The translations under genes were made by a program, and so were the position numbers. A stretch of 64,000 bases of DNA from the NCBI GenBank assembly GCA_963663545.1, contig OY760505.1:1856001-1920000 (forward strand). Reading direction: 5' to 3'. Under the pieces are notes generated by a model. That model was not told where the DNA came from. It was given only the letters and a program-made list of their open reading frames with translations, and ran no database searches. The stretch comes from Candidatus Delongbacteria bacterium (GTDB lineage Bacteria; CAIWAD01). This document shows, piece by piece, positions 27,072-36,508 of the stretch (position 1 is its first letter; the number at the start of each line of letters is the position of its first letter).

Positions 27072-27404
27072 ATGAAATTGCTGATCATCATCCTCAACAA
27101 GGAAGAGTGTCTGGACGACCTGGTGCAGGCTATGGTCGAAGTGGACATTCGCGGCGCCACCATTTTGGATTCGGTGGGCATGGGCCGCGTCCTGTCGCAG
27201 GACATTCCCATTTTCGCTGGCTTGAAAGGCCTGCTCACCGGCAACCGCCCGCACAACAAAACGCTGATCACCGCTGTGGAAGACGAGATCGAAGAGAAAA
27301 TGGTCACCATTTTCGAGCAGGTTGTCGGCCCCTTCAGCGAACCCGGCAACGGCCTGATTCTGGCTCTGCCCATCAGTGGCGTACACGGCATGGGGCACCG
27401 CTGA
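27072..27404 (+). CDS. PII-like protein
   Basis: MKLLIIILNKEECLDD, GATILDSVGMG, PGNGLILALPI. Confidence 0.75.
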   Translation: MKLLIIILNKEECLDDLVQAMVEVDIRGATILDSVGMGRVLSQDIPIFAGLKGLLTGNRPHNKTLITAVEDEIEEKMVTIFEQVVGPFSEPGNGLILALPISGVHGMGHR

Positions 27405-28171
27405 TGCGTCGCCTTTCGCGCGGGGAATTCGCAGAACTCAACCAGCTACGGCGTTCAGCGGCTCGTCAGGAACAGGGACGCGTTGTCGTACCCGGCTACA
27501 AGTGTATCACGGAACTAGTGCGCGGCGGACATCGCATTGAGCAATTGCTGATTTGCGGTGACACAACGGCTGCAGCAGAGCAGACGCTTGGACCGGTACT
27601 CTGGCAACAACTTCAGCGCGAGGACCGCGTGTGCCAATTGCGCGATCACGAAGCCGCGCGTCTGGCGGACCAGGCCTCACCTGAGGGTTTGCTAGCCGTG
27701 ACACAACTTCCGCAAATTGACACCTCCCTGCGGCCGCGCGTGATTCTGGACGGCGTCGCCGATCCCGGCAATCTGGGTTCCATTCTGCGCACGGCACTGT
27801 GGTTCGGCCTGGAACCCGTCGGTCTTCTGGGGGGTGCAGATCCCTGGAGTCCGCGCGTGATACGCAGCGCCATGGGCTCGCAGTTTCACCTGCGTTTGCG
27901 TGTGATGCAGACAGACGACGTTGCCGCATTGCGCGATGGCAGACGCCTGTTGGGTCTGGACAGCAACGGCGGCTCACCGCTGAACGTGATACAGCCACAG
28001 GCCGGTGACACACTTGTGCTTGGCAGCGAAAGTCACGGTCTGCTGCAAACGGAAAGCGTCCTCAGCGAGCGTGTCTGGATACCCGGCACCGATCGCGCCG
28101 AAAGTCTGAACGTGGGTCACGCCTTCGCCATTTGCGCCTGGCACTTCTATCGCGATCACCACAATGGCTGA
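27404..28171 (+). CDS. TrmH/SpoU-family RNA methyltransferase
   Basis: LDGVADPGNLGSILRT, RSAMGS, LGSESHGL, ESLNVG. Confidence 0.92.
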   Translation: MRRLSRGEFAELNQLRRSAARQEQGRVVVPGYKCITELVRGGHRIEQLLICGDTTAAAEQTLGPVLWQQLQREDRVCQLRDHEAARLADQASPEGLLAVTQLPQIDTSLRPRVILDGVADPGNLGSILRTALWFGLEPVGLLGGADPWSPRVIRSAMGSQFHLRLRVMQTDDVAALRDGRRLLGLDSNGGSPLNVIQPQAGDTLVLGSESHGLLQTESVLSERVWIPGTDRAESLNVGHAFAICAWHFYRDHHNG

Positions 28172-28808
28172 CAATCAGGCCGCGCGCATCTCTCCTCTAA
28201 TCGTCATCGTTCCGGCCATGGCCATTATACTGCTGCCCGGTGCCGCCAAGGGGGGTCTGGGCGCACAGCTGGCCATGCTCTTCACCGAGCTGATGCTGGG
28301 CCTGCCTGCGCTGGTGCTGCTGCCCAAGCTGCTACGCGGTGAAATCATTCCCTTGCGCTGGCCGAAGCGCATCAGTCAACTCACGCTGGCGCTGTTGATC
28401 GTGGTGGGCGCGCCGCTCTTCCAACTCATCAGTTACGCCAACGACATGCTGCTGCCCGTTCCCGAAGAAGTGAAACAGCAGATGGCGGAGCATTTGAGCA
28501 CGACGACCATCGCGTCCATGCTGATCACCTGGATTTCTGTGGTCCTCGTCAGCCCCGTCATGGAAGAGATTTTCTTTCGCGGCTTCATTCAGTGGCTCTG
28601 GTCGCTGCGTTTCAGCCGAGCGCGCAGCCTGCCAGCGTTGGTGGTGCCGGCAGCGGTGTTCGCGCTGTTTCACATGAATCCCTGGCAGTTCCCCAGCCTG
28701 CTATTGCTGGGACTGTGGCTCGCCTGGCTGCGAGTCTGGTCGGGCAGCCTGTTGCCGGGAATTGTGTTTCACATGGCCATCAACTTGCTGGCAATGCTCC
28801 TGCTCTGA
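28164..28808 (+). CDS. CPBP (Abi/CAAX) intramembrane metalloprotease
   Basis: PVMEEIFFRG, FALFH, HMAIN. Confidence 0.9.
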   Translation: MADNQAARISPLIVIVPAMAIILLPGAAKGGLGAQLAMLFTELMLGLPALVLLPKLLRGEIIPLRWPKRISQLTLALLIVVGAPLFQLISYANDMLLPVPEEVKQQMAEHLSTTTIASMLITWISVVLVSPVMEEIFFRGFIQWLWSLRFSRARSLPALVVPAAVFALFHMNPWQFPSLLLLGLWLAWLRVWSGSLLPGIVFHMAINLLAMLLL

Positions 28809-28875
28809 GCAGGATGCATCCCGTTGTAGAGAGGCAACCGGCATCACGCTCCATCAAGATTGGTACCTTTGAGGC

Positions 28876-30540
28876 ATGCGGACTGTACGAATCGGCATCA
28901 TTCACCGGCGCACGCGCCTGAGCTTTCAGCTCCCTGCGGAGACTCGTCTCTTCAGCGCGCTGGGAGAGTGGCGTGGTCGCGGTGAATTGCAGATTACCGT
29001 GGCGACACCGCGCCCCGGTGCTTTTCGCTACGGACTGCGTGTACTGGAGAGCGACGATCGCGAGTTGCTCGCCGCTACCGCCGACCTGCTGGCCACCAAG
29101 GGTATCACACCGCACATCGTGGATTTTGCTCCCGGCGCCGAGTACGGCGATTGTCGCGTACCCGCGACCGGTCTGCTCTACGCGGAGTTGGAAGCCTGTG
29201 TGCCCGGTGATCGCCTGCTGACGAGTCACACCGACAACATGGATCCCGCAGAGCGCGAAGTGCTGCAAACGGGCGGTCCGGCCGGACTGGAGCTGCTGAG
29301 GCGGCTGCGCGACATTCTGGTGGAAACACCCGCCAGGCAGGGCATTGCGCTCTGGCACACGGGCGCGCCCTCTGTTTTTCGTGAGACAGTGATACATGGC
29401 GAGAGTCTGGTCAATGTGCGCCTGGATGGTCGTGTTCTGCTGGAAGAAGGCGAGCTGCCCCTGCGCATCGAGCTGCCGCCCGGCGCCCGGGCGATGGCGC
29501 GCGAAGTCGAGGTAGGTCTGGGCTTTCACTGGCAGCACCAGCGCGATCTTGAGTACAGCGGTGGACTGCTGATCTGGTGCGACCCCGCGGGACTGCTGGG
29601 CGTGGCCAACGACATGGATATCGACCTCTATCTGGCCAGCGTCAACAGTTCGGAGATGACCGCCGATTGTCCGCCCGCGCTCCTGCGTGCGCAGACCATC
29701 GCGGCGCGCTCCACCATTCTGGCAACGCGGGGCAGGCACCACGCGGGTGAGCCCTTCGATATCTGCGCCGACGACCACTGTCAGTGTTTTCGCGGCGTGG
29801 GCACCATCATGAAGGACAGCCTGCAGGCTGCGCGTGATACAAGCGGTGTAGTGTTAGCCTGGAACGGGCTGGTCTGTGACGCGCGCTACAGCAAGAGCTG
29901 CGGCGGTATCGTGGAGGCCTACGAGAACGTCTGGGAGAACCAGCCGATTCCCTACATGAGCGCGCTGTGTGACACGCGCGACGAGCGCGAGGGGCGCCAA
30001 CCCCAGCCACGCAGCGAGCAGGAGTGGATCGCCTGGATCGATCAGGACGAAGACGCCTGGTGTAACACGGACCGCTGGGAGCTTCCGCCAGGACTGAGTT
30101 ACAGCGACGGCTACTACCGCTGGCAGGTACGGCATTCGCGCACGGAGTTGGCGGCGATCATCCGCCGAAAAACCGGCCACAGCTTCCACGTTCTCGAGGA
30201 TCTGGTGCCCGTATCACGCGGCGCGTCCGGTCGTCTGATCGAGCTGGAACTGGTGACCGACAAGGGCTGCTTCCGCTTGGGAAAAGAGCTGGCGATCAGG
30301 CTCGCTCTCTCAGAGAGTTGCCTCTTCAGTGCTGCGATCTATTTTGAGTGGGTGGAGGAAGATGTTGTGATCCACGGCAAGGGCTGGGGTCACGGCGTCG
30401 GCATGTGTCAACTGGGAGCCGCACGCATGGCCACGGAGGGGCGCGACCACGATGCGATTCTGCAGCATTATTACCCCGGAACCCGGCTGATCAAACTATC
30501 GCTGGGTGCAAGTGAAGGACTGAATCATGATCTACAATAA
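28876..30540 (+). CDS. SpoIID/LytB-domain protein (lytic transglycosylase-like)
   Basis: YLASVNSSEM, LRAQTIAARS, DICADDHCQCFRG, GKGWGHGVGMCQLGA, ILQHYYPG. Confidence 0.92.
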   Translation: MRTVRIGIIHRRTRLSFQLPAETRLFSALGEWRGRGELQITVATPRPGAFRYGLRVLESDDRELLAATADLLATKGITPHIVDFAPGAEYGDCRVPATGLLYAELEACVPGDRLLTSHTDNMDPAEREVLQTGGPAGLELLRRLRDILVETPARQGIALWHTGAPSVFRETVIHGESLVNVRLDGRVLLEEGELPLRIELPPGARAMAREVEVGLGFHWQHQRDLEYSGGLLIWCDPAGLLGVANDMDIDLYLASVNSSEMTADCPPALLRAQTIAARSTILATRGRHHAGEPFDICADDHCQCFRGVGTIMKDSLQAARDTSGVVLAWNGLVCDARYSKSCGGIVEAYENVWENQPIPYMSALCDTRDEREGRQPQPRSEQEWIAWIDQDEDAWCNTDRWELPPGLSYSDGYYRWQVRHSRTELAAIIRRKTGHSFHVLEDLVPVSRGASGRLIELELVTDKGCFRLGKELAIRLALSESCLFSAAIYFEWVEEDVVIHGKGWGHGVGMCQLGAARMATEGRDHDAILQHYYPGTRLIKLSLGASEGLNHDLQ

Positions 30541-31501
30541 CATCCTTGAGACCATTGGTAACACGCCCATGGTGCGTCTTGGTCGTATCGCACAGGACGT
30601 TCCCCCCACCCTGCTGGCCAAGATCGAGCGCATGAACCCCGGCGCCAGCATCAAGGACCGTGTAGCACGCGCGCTCATCGAGAACATGGAAGCCGAAGGC
30701 AAGCTCAAGCCGGGCAGCACGGTGGTGGAAGCCAGCAGCGGCAACATGGGCTTCGGCTTGGCGATGGCCTGCGCCCAGCGCGGCTACCGCTGCATCATTG
30801 TGATACCGGACAAGATGTCGCGCGAGCGCACGCAGATGATTCAGGCGATGGGTGGCGAGGTAGTCATCGTCAAGACCGACCTGCCACCCGAGCACCCGGA
30901 AGCCTTCATGAACAAGGCGCGCGCTATTGTAGCACAGACGCCGGGCGCGGTCTTCATGGGCCAGTTCGAGAGCCAGGCCAACCCCGAGGTGCACTACAAG
31001 ACGACGGCGGCGGAAATCTGGGAACAGTGCGAGGGCAAAGTGGACGCTTTCGTGATGGGCATGGGCACCGGCGGTACCATCTCCGGCGTCGGCCGCTTCC
31101 TAAAAGAGAAAAATCCCGACATCCGCATCATTGGCGCGGAGCCGGTGGGCAGCGTGATCAAGCCTTTCTTCGACAACGGCGAGGAGATCGAGGGCAAGGT
31201 CTACCAGGTCGAGGGCATCGGCGAGGATTTCATTCCCGACACCTTGCACCTGCAGTACGTGGACGAGATGCACTGGGTTACCGATCCGCAGAGTTTCGCG
31301 ATGGCGCGTCGCATCTGCCGCGAAGAGGGCATCTTCGTGGGCGGCAGTTCGGGCTCGATCCTGCACGTGGGTCTGAAGGTGGCCAAAACCATGCGCGCCG
31401 ATCAACGCATGGTGGTGATGTTCTGCGATGGCGGCGAGCGCTACCTGAGCAAGTTCCACGACGAGAACTGGCTGCGCGAGCGCGGATGGCTGGAAGAGTA
31501 G
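30527..31501 (+). CDS. PLP-dependent cysteine synthase / cystathionine beta-synthase family
   Basis: IGNTPMV, NPGASIKDR, EASSGNMG, GMGTGGTISG, VEGIG, GGSSG, GERYLSK. Confidence 0.95.
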   Translation: MIYNNILETIGNTPMVRLGRIAQDVPPTLLAKIERMNPGASIKDRVARALIENMEAEGKLKPGSTVVEASSGNMGFGLAMACAQRGYRCIIVIPDKMSRERTQMIQAMGGEVVIVKTDLPPEHPEAFMNKARAIVAQTPGAVFMGQFESQANPEVHYKTTAAEIWEQCEGKVDAFVMGMGTGGTISGVGRFLKEKNPDIRIIGAEPVGSVIKPFFDNGEEIEGKVYQVEGIGEDFIPDTLHLQYVDEMHWVTDPQSFAMARRICREEGIFVGGSSGSILHVGLKVAKTMRADQRMVVMFCDGGERYLSKFHDENWLRERGWLEE

Positions 31502-31761
31502 TCCGCAAGTAAGAAGCGAGAAGAGAACACGCGCCAAGGCCGACTTGACTCGCTGCAGCGCACCGCGGCAAGTCGGTCGCCAGAGAAGACGCGGATACTG
31601 TTGAAGAATGTGATACGCCCCGGGCTGATGTACGGGGCGTTTCATTTGTGAGTAGCCCCCACCGCAGAGAGCCGAGTACCTTGTTTCGACGAAGGCATTT
31701 TGCCCTCCGCTTCTGCCGAACAACTTTCTATCTTCCTGTATCACAGCAAGAGCGAGGGATC

Positions 31762-34284
31762 ATGGCACGCAAAGCGATTCGAATTTATCCAGGAACACCA
31801 GGCAAGGTACGCATCACGCTAGCATTGTCGTTGTTGATGGCGGTGGCGGTAGTGGCGAATGTGCTGCGGGTGCCCGAGGATTTCGCAGAAGTTCAACAGG
31901 CAATGGATGCTAGTGCAGCCGGAGATACGGTTGTGGTGGCTAGAGGCACGTGGGTGGGGCTCTTACAGAGCCCTACCCATAGTCTTGTTCTGTGTTCGCA
32001 GTTCATCTTCTCTCAAGATTCAACGTATGTAAACGAGACGATTCTGGATGGAGAGTATCAGGGAACCCTACTAACAGTCAATACGGCTGTTGGAACAGGA
32101 CTTCTTGAGCTCAACGGCCTTACGCTTACTCGTGGGCAAGGGCAGCAGACAGACATCTACGCGAACTGTGATCGGGGTGGAGCTCTTCATGTAGTCGAGG
32201 ACGGAAATCTGATTGTTCGTTCTTGCGTTTTTACGCACAATCGCTCATCTCGAAGCGCCAGTGTACTCTTCTATGGAATCGAGTGTGCCCTTTACGGCGT
32301 TAGTGGTTACCTATGCCTGGAGAACCTATACCTTGAGGACAACCGAAATGATGGAAATGGCAGTCCAAGCATTCAATACGGCTCCATCAACATATTTTCC
32401 CAAGGTGGCAGAGTCGAACTTCATAACATCCGTTACAATGGCGCTTCGGCAACAACGAATTCCCCAATACATGCAACAGTCAAAGACCCACTTGCCTTTT
32501 CCGTAGACGGAATTGAAGTCTGGAATTGTGATGGTGGGGAGATTGCTTTTGGTCTGAGCAGCGACGGACATGCGCACTATACTATTCAGAACATCAGGAC
32601 ATACACAACAAATGACACCTTAAATGGATGTTCAATCAACTTTGGTGCTCTTGGCTCTGAAGATCTTCCCTTTACTTGCACATGGAATAATGTGGAGGTT
32701 TCCGGAATTCATGATAACGACATCAGCATGGGCGGCAATAATGTTCATTTTCGGTACAATGGAATCCATGTCCATCACTGCAGTAATACGACGCGATCCA
32801 TCTTAGGTATTGGTCTTCACAGCGCGGCAGGTTCAAGTGAGATTCATGATCTGGTTTTTCATCACAACACAAGCGGCGACAGCATTGACCAAGTGCCGGA
32901 CTTCATGATAGCACTTGGGGGTACGGATGTGTATGGAGCCCACGTTTATGATAATCATGTAATCATACCTCCAGACCCATTGGTGAGTGAGACGGGGGGC
33001 CACTATCTGAGGCGCGGTTCGATTCTGAATGCAGCTTCTTCCCTTGAACAGCTAGGGGAAGACGGGGCGCAACGCTATGAAGGGTTGCTCTTTGAGAATA
33101 ATTTTGTCGACGACCTAGATGACTACAGCAATCTCCATCCTGAAACAGCCCCGCATGAGAATGAAGGGCGCGAGATGTATCTCACTTCACCAAGTGGGAT
33201 CGTGTTATCCAATGTGGTTATTCGGAACAGCAGACAACCCAATCATACACCCGAACTATATGCCCCCACATACATGACCTTATCTACGGCAGGAAGCTGT
33301 ATAGGTGCATACGCGAACCGAATTCACGTGATCGATACATACCTGGAAAACTGTGATGACGGTGGTTTTCAGTTCCTCGGGACCGAAGACTCTGTATTCT
33401 TCGAGAATGTGGTGCTTCGTAATGTGGGGCGGTGTGGTATTGAGACAGGAACCCCTGTTCGCTTTCGAAATGTTCTTATAGACAACGTGGATGCTATTGA
33501 CAATTGTCTGTATTTGACTCCCTACGTCGACAGATACACAATGCAGTCCGCTATGTTTATCCTGGGTTCTGATGAGGCGCGACTTGAGAATGTCACAATC
33601 ACTGGGTGCGACGACATGCGCAGACCAATTGGCTACAGCACCGTTAATCCCATTTTTGTTACTGCTGACAATACAATGATTTGCAACAATACTTATGAGA
33701 TGCTTGTCGAATTGAACGGGAATGCTTCCTGGTCCCACTGCTACGTCCAGGAAGCCGTCGAGGGCGAAGGCAACATTATCGGCAACGACCCCCTCTTCGA
33801 TCCCGAGCGTGGCATCCCCTTCCTGGCCCCCGACTCCCCTTGCATCGACGCAGGCAACCCGGACGCGGCCTACAACGACATCGAAGACCCGGACGCTCCC
33901 GGCTTCGCCCTCTGGCCTTCCCAGGGCGGCTTGCGCAACGACATCGGCTGCACTGGCGGTCCCTTCGCCAACGACTCGATGTTCGTCAGCGTCGCGCCCG
34001 TACGACCGATCACCCTCCCCACTTCCCCCACGCTGGGCAACGCCTACCCAAACCCCTTCAACCCAGTGACCACCATTCCCTTCGTGATACAACAGCCCGT
34101 CCATCTTCGCCTTTCCGTCTACAATCTTCGTGGCCAATTGGTCGCCACCCTTGCCGACGGCGAGTTCTTTCCCGGCGAGCATCGTGTCGCATTTGATGGC
34201 GCAGCTTTGGCCAGCGGTGTGTACTTGATTAGCCTGCGTGGTGAAGGTGTAGCGGAGACGAGGAAAGCGCTGCTGCTGAAGTGA
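31762..34284 (+). CDS. Secreted beta-helix-like protein with YPNPFNP C-terminal secretion domain
   Basis: Signal peptide, VPEDFAEVQQAMDA..GDTVVV, ETILDG, SPCIDAGNP, RNDIGCTGGP, AYPNPFNPVTT...SGVYLI...RKALLLK. Confidence 0.85.
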   Translation: MARKAIRIYPGTPGKVRITLALSLLMAVAVVANVLRVPEDFAEVQQAMDASAAGDTVVVARGTWVGLLQSPTHSLVLCSQFIFSQDSTYVNETILDGEYQGTLLTVNTAVGTGLLELNGLTLTRGQGQQTDIYANCDRGGALHVVEDGNLIVRSCVFTHNRSSRSASVLFYGIECALYGVSGYLCLENLYLEDNRNDGNGSPSIQYGSINIFSQGGRVELHNIRYNGASATTNSPIHATVKDPLAFSVDGIEVWNCDGGEIAFGLSSDGHAHYTIQNIRTYTTNDTLNGCSINFGALGSEDLPFTCTWNNVEVSGIHDNDISMGGNNVHFRYNGIHVHHCSNTTRSILGIGLHSAAGSSEIHDLVFHHNTSGDSIDQVPDFMIALGGTDVYGAHVYDNHVIIPPDPLVSETGGHYLRRGSILNAASSLEQLGEDGAQRYEGLLFENNFVDDLDDYSNLHPETAPHENEGREMYLTSPSGIVLSNVVIRNSRQPNHTPELYAPTYMTLSTAGSCIGAYANRIHVIDTYLENCDDGGFQFLGTEDSVFFENVVLRNVGRCGIETGTPVRFRNVLIDNVDAIDNCLYLTPYVDRYTMQSAMFILGSDEARLENVTITGCDDMRRPIGYSTVNPIFVTADNTMICNNTYEMLVELNGNASWSHCYVQEAVEGEGNIIGNDPLFDPERGIPFLAPDSPCIDAGNPDAAYNDIEDPDAPGFALWPSQGGLRNDIGCTGGPFANDSMFVSVAPVRPITLPTSPTLGNAYPNPFNPVTTIPFVIQQPVHLRLSVYNLRGQLVATLADGEFFPGEHRVAFDGAALASGVYLISLRGEGVAETRKALLLK

Positions 34285-34847
34285 TCCTCTTCCAATTCTG
34301 CGATTCGTGATACACCCTCATCCTTTCGTTCTCGCTGTTCGTGAACCGTCCATGGGCCTTCAGGACTCGTTGTCAATGAGATGACGAAGAATCGGCAACC
34401 GATTCTTGATTTTTATTCGACAGGCCGCCATTGTACCCTATGGACGAAGGCATGCGGATTCGATGAGCTGCACATACGGTTAATCCTGAAGCATGCCTTC
34501 GTCGAGGTGTTTCGCGAGGCGAAACACACGGCGACAGCCTACCCAAACCCCTTCAACCCAGTGACCACCATTCCCTTCGTGATACAACAGCCCGTCCATC
34601 TTCGCCTTTCCGTCTACAATCTTCGTGGCCAATTGGTCGCCACCCTTGCCGACGGCGAGTTCTTTCCCGGCGAGCATCGTGTCACATTTGATGCCCGCTC
34701 GCTGGCGAGTGGCCGCTCGCTCGCGAGCGGCGTGTACTTGATCAGTTTGCGTGGAAAGGGTGTGAGCCAGACCAGGAAAGCGCTGCTATTGAAGTGATCC
34801 ACCTCCCATCCTGCGATTTGTGAACCACTCTCTCTTTCGTTCTCGCT
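34042..34847 (+). repeat. Direct repeat: 34042-34336 versus 34537-34847 (first 147 bp identical, remainder diverged)
   Basis: GCCTACCCAAACCCCTTCAAC...CATCGTGTC is identical at 34042-34188 and 34537-34683; similarity continues past both TGA stops. Confidence 0.95.
34537..34797 (+). pseudogene. Orphan YPNPFNP C-terminal domain fragment (within ORF 34381-34797; no signal peptide)
   Basis: AYPNPFNP...RKALLLK with an internal RSLASG duplication; the upstream in-frame sequence is unrelated to the parent gene. Confidence 0.65.
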
Positions 34848-35461
34848 CACAGCGTAAGCGGTTCTCGTTATCGCGGACGTTCTCCGAGAACGGGAAACGA
34901 GTACGTGGACGTGGACGAGCACGGGAGAAAGTATCTGCTGAAGTTCTGTGTCACACCAGGAAGGTGACCGGGTTCCTCTTCTTCCGACGTGCTACTGCGA
35001 TCGAATCTGTCCATGGCCCGTGACACATGGAGCGCGAGTACAGAAGAGGCCGCGAATTCCGGAAACTTCAGCCCCCCCTTTGTCGTGACTCCAAATAGGG
35101 GGGAGGGTGGGTGGCGGCTCTCGCCCGCAGCAGGCAGAGGATCATGCGAGCTGGTGGAAGCTACAGCGCTGAGGCAGCCCCTTGGCCGGATCCACTCCAT
35201 GGCTGCCCATGCTACAGGATGGCGTTTCATCCGTCGGACATTCCAGGTGCGCTGAACTCAACATGCTTCGAGTAGGGATCCTCTGTTTTCTGCTGAATGC
35301 GTCTAGCTCCGTTAATACGGCGAAGCAAGAGCATCCTTCCAGCGCAGAAATCCTGCAACTCCCAGGATGGATTTCGCATCTTGCCCCTCCCGTTTTCCTG
35401 CCCGCCTCATGAAGGTCGCTTCACCCACTGGAGTCCACGTCTCACATCCATGAGAAATCCC

Positions 35462-36490
35462 ATGCTCGCCAAGGATAGCCATTCGAGTGATTACAGTGCC
35501 TAGCTAGGCGAACTGAAGGCTCGCATTCAGTCGGCACGAACACGGGCTGCGCTTTCCGTCAACCGCGAGCTGATTCTGCTGTACTGGCAGATTGGCAGCG
35601 AAATCCTGCAGCGACAAAGGCGGGAAGGCTGGGGCACCAAGGTCATTGCGCGGCTTGCTACGGATTTGCGCAAGGCATTCCCGGACATGAAGGGCTTTTC
35701 CTCGCGCAACCTCAAGTACATGAGATCCTTCGCAGAGGCTTGGCCTCACGAAGAGTTTGTGCAAGAGGTGCTTGCACAATTGCCATGGTATCATCACTTG
35801 GCGCTTCTGGACAAGGTCAAAACTCCTGAAGCCAAGCACTGGTATCTCCAGATGGCCATCACTCACAACTGGTCTCGCAACGTACTAGTCCACCATATTG
35901 AGACCCGCCTGCATCTCCGAAGCGGACAAGCCATCAGCAACTTTGAGAAGTGCCTGCCACCGGCACTTGCGGATCAAGCCCAAGCTCTCCTCAAGGATCC
36001 GTACTTCTTCGACTTCCTTGGCATTGGCGAGGAAGCCCAGGAGCGGTCAATCGAGGAGGCCCTGGTCACTCAGCTGACTCAGTTTATATTGGAGCTCGGC
36101 ACGGGATTCGCCTATGTGGGACGGCAGGTTCACCTGGAAGTGGGGGGCGAAGATTTCTACCTCGACCTGCTCTTCTATCATCTAAAGATTCACTGCTATG
36201 TAGTCATTGAGCTGAAGGCTGGCACCTTTAAGCCTGAGCACGCGGGCAAGCTGAACTTCTACTTTTCAGCGATAGATGCGCAAATGGCGACGGAGGCGGA
36301 TGGCCCAAGCATTGGTCTGTTGCTGTGCAAATGCCGGAACAAACTCATTGTGGAGTACTCGCTCCGTGATACGGCAAAGCCAATTGGTGTAGCCGAGTAT
36401 TCTCTGGTTCAATCACTTCCACAGGAGCTGAAAAGCAGTCTACCCAGCGTTGACGATCTGGAGCGCGCGCTTTCGACATTTGGAGCTTAG
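35462..36490 (+). pseudogene. yhcG: YhcG/DUF1016 PD-(D/E)XK nuclease-like gene with an in-frame TAG at codon 14
   Basis: MLAKDSHSSDYSA*LGELKARIQSARTRAALSVNRELILLYWQIG continues in frame into the 35666 ORF (GFSSRNLKYMR, KDPYFFDFL, DLLFYH, VIELK). Confidence 0.8.
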
Positions 36491-36508
36491 GTTCTGCGTG
36501 GACCAGAA

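Noticed and set aside
31538..31578. Inverted repeat GCCGACTTG...CAAGTCGGT after cysteine synthase as a mobile-element end
   Set aside because: Single occurrence with no transposase or target duplication; more likely a terminator-like hairpin.
34042..34847. Diversity-generating retroelement VR/TR pair
   Set aside because: Mismatches between the copies are not adenine-specific, the main block is fully identical, and no reverse transcriptase is in the window.
35501..35503. Genome-wide TAG recoding or pyrrolysine
   Set aside because: TAG terminates several intact genes here (e.g. yidC, cysteine synthase, EIIA), and only one interrupted gene was found.
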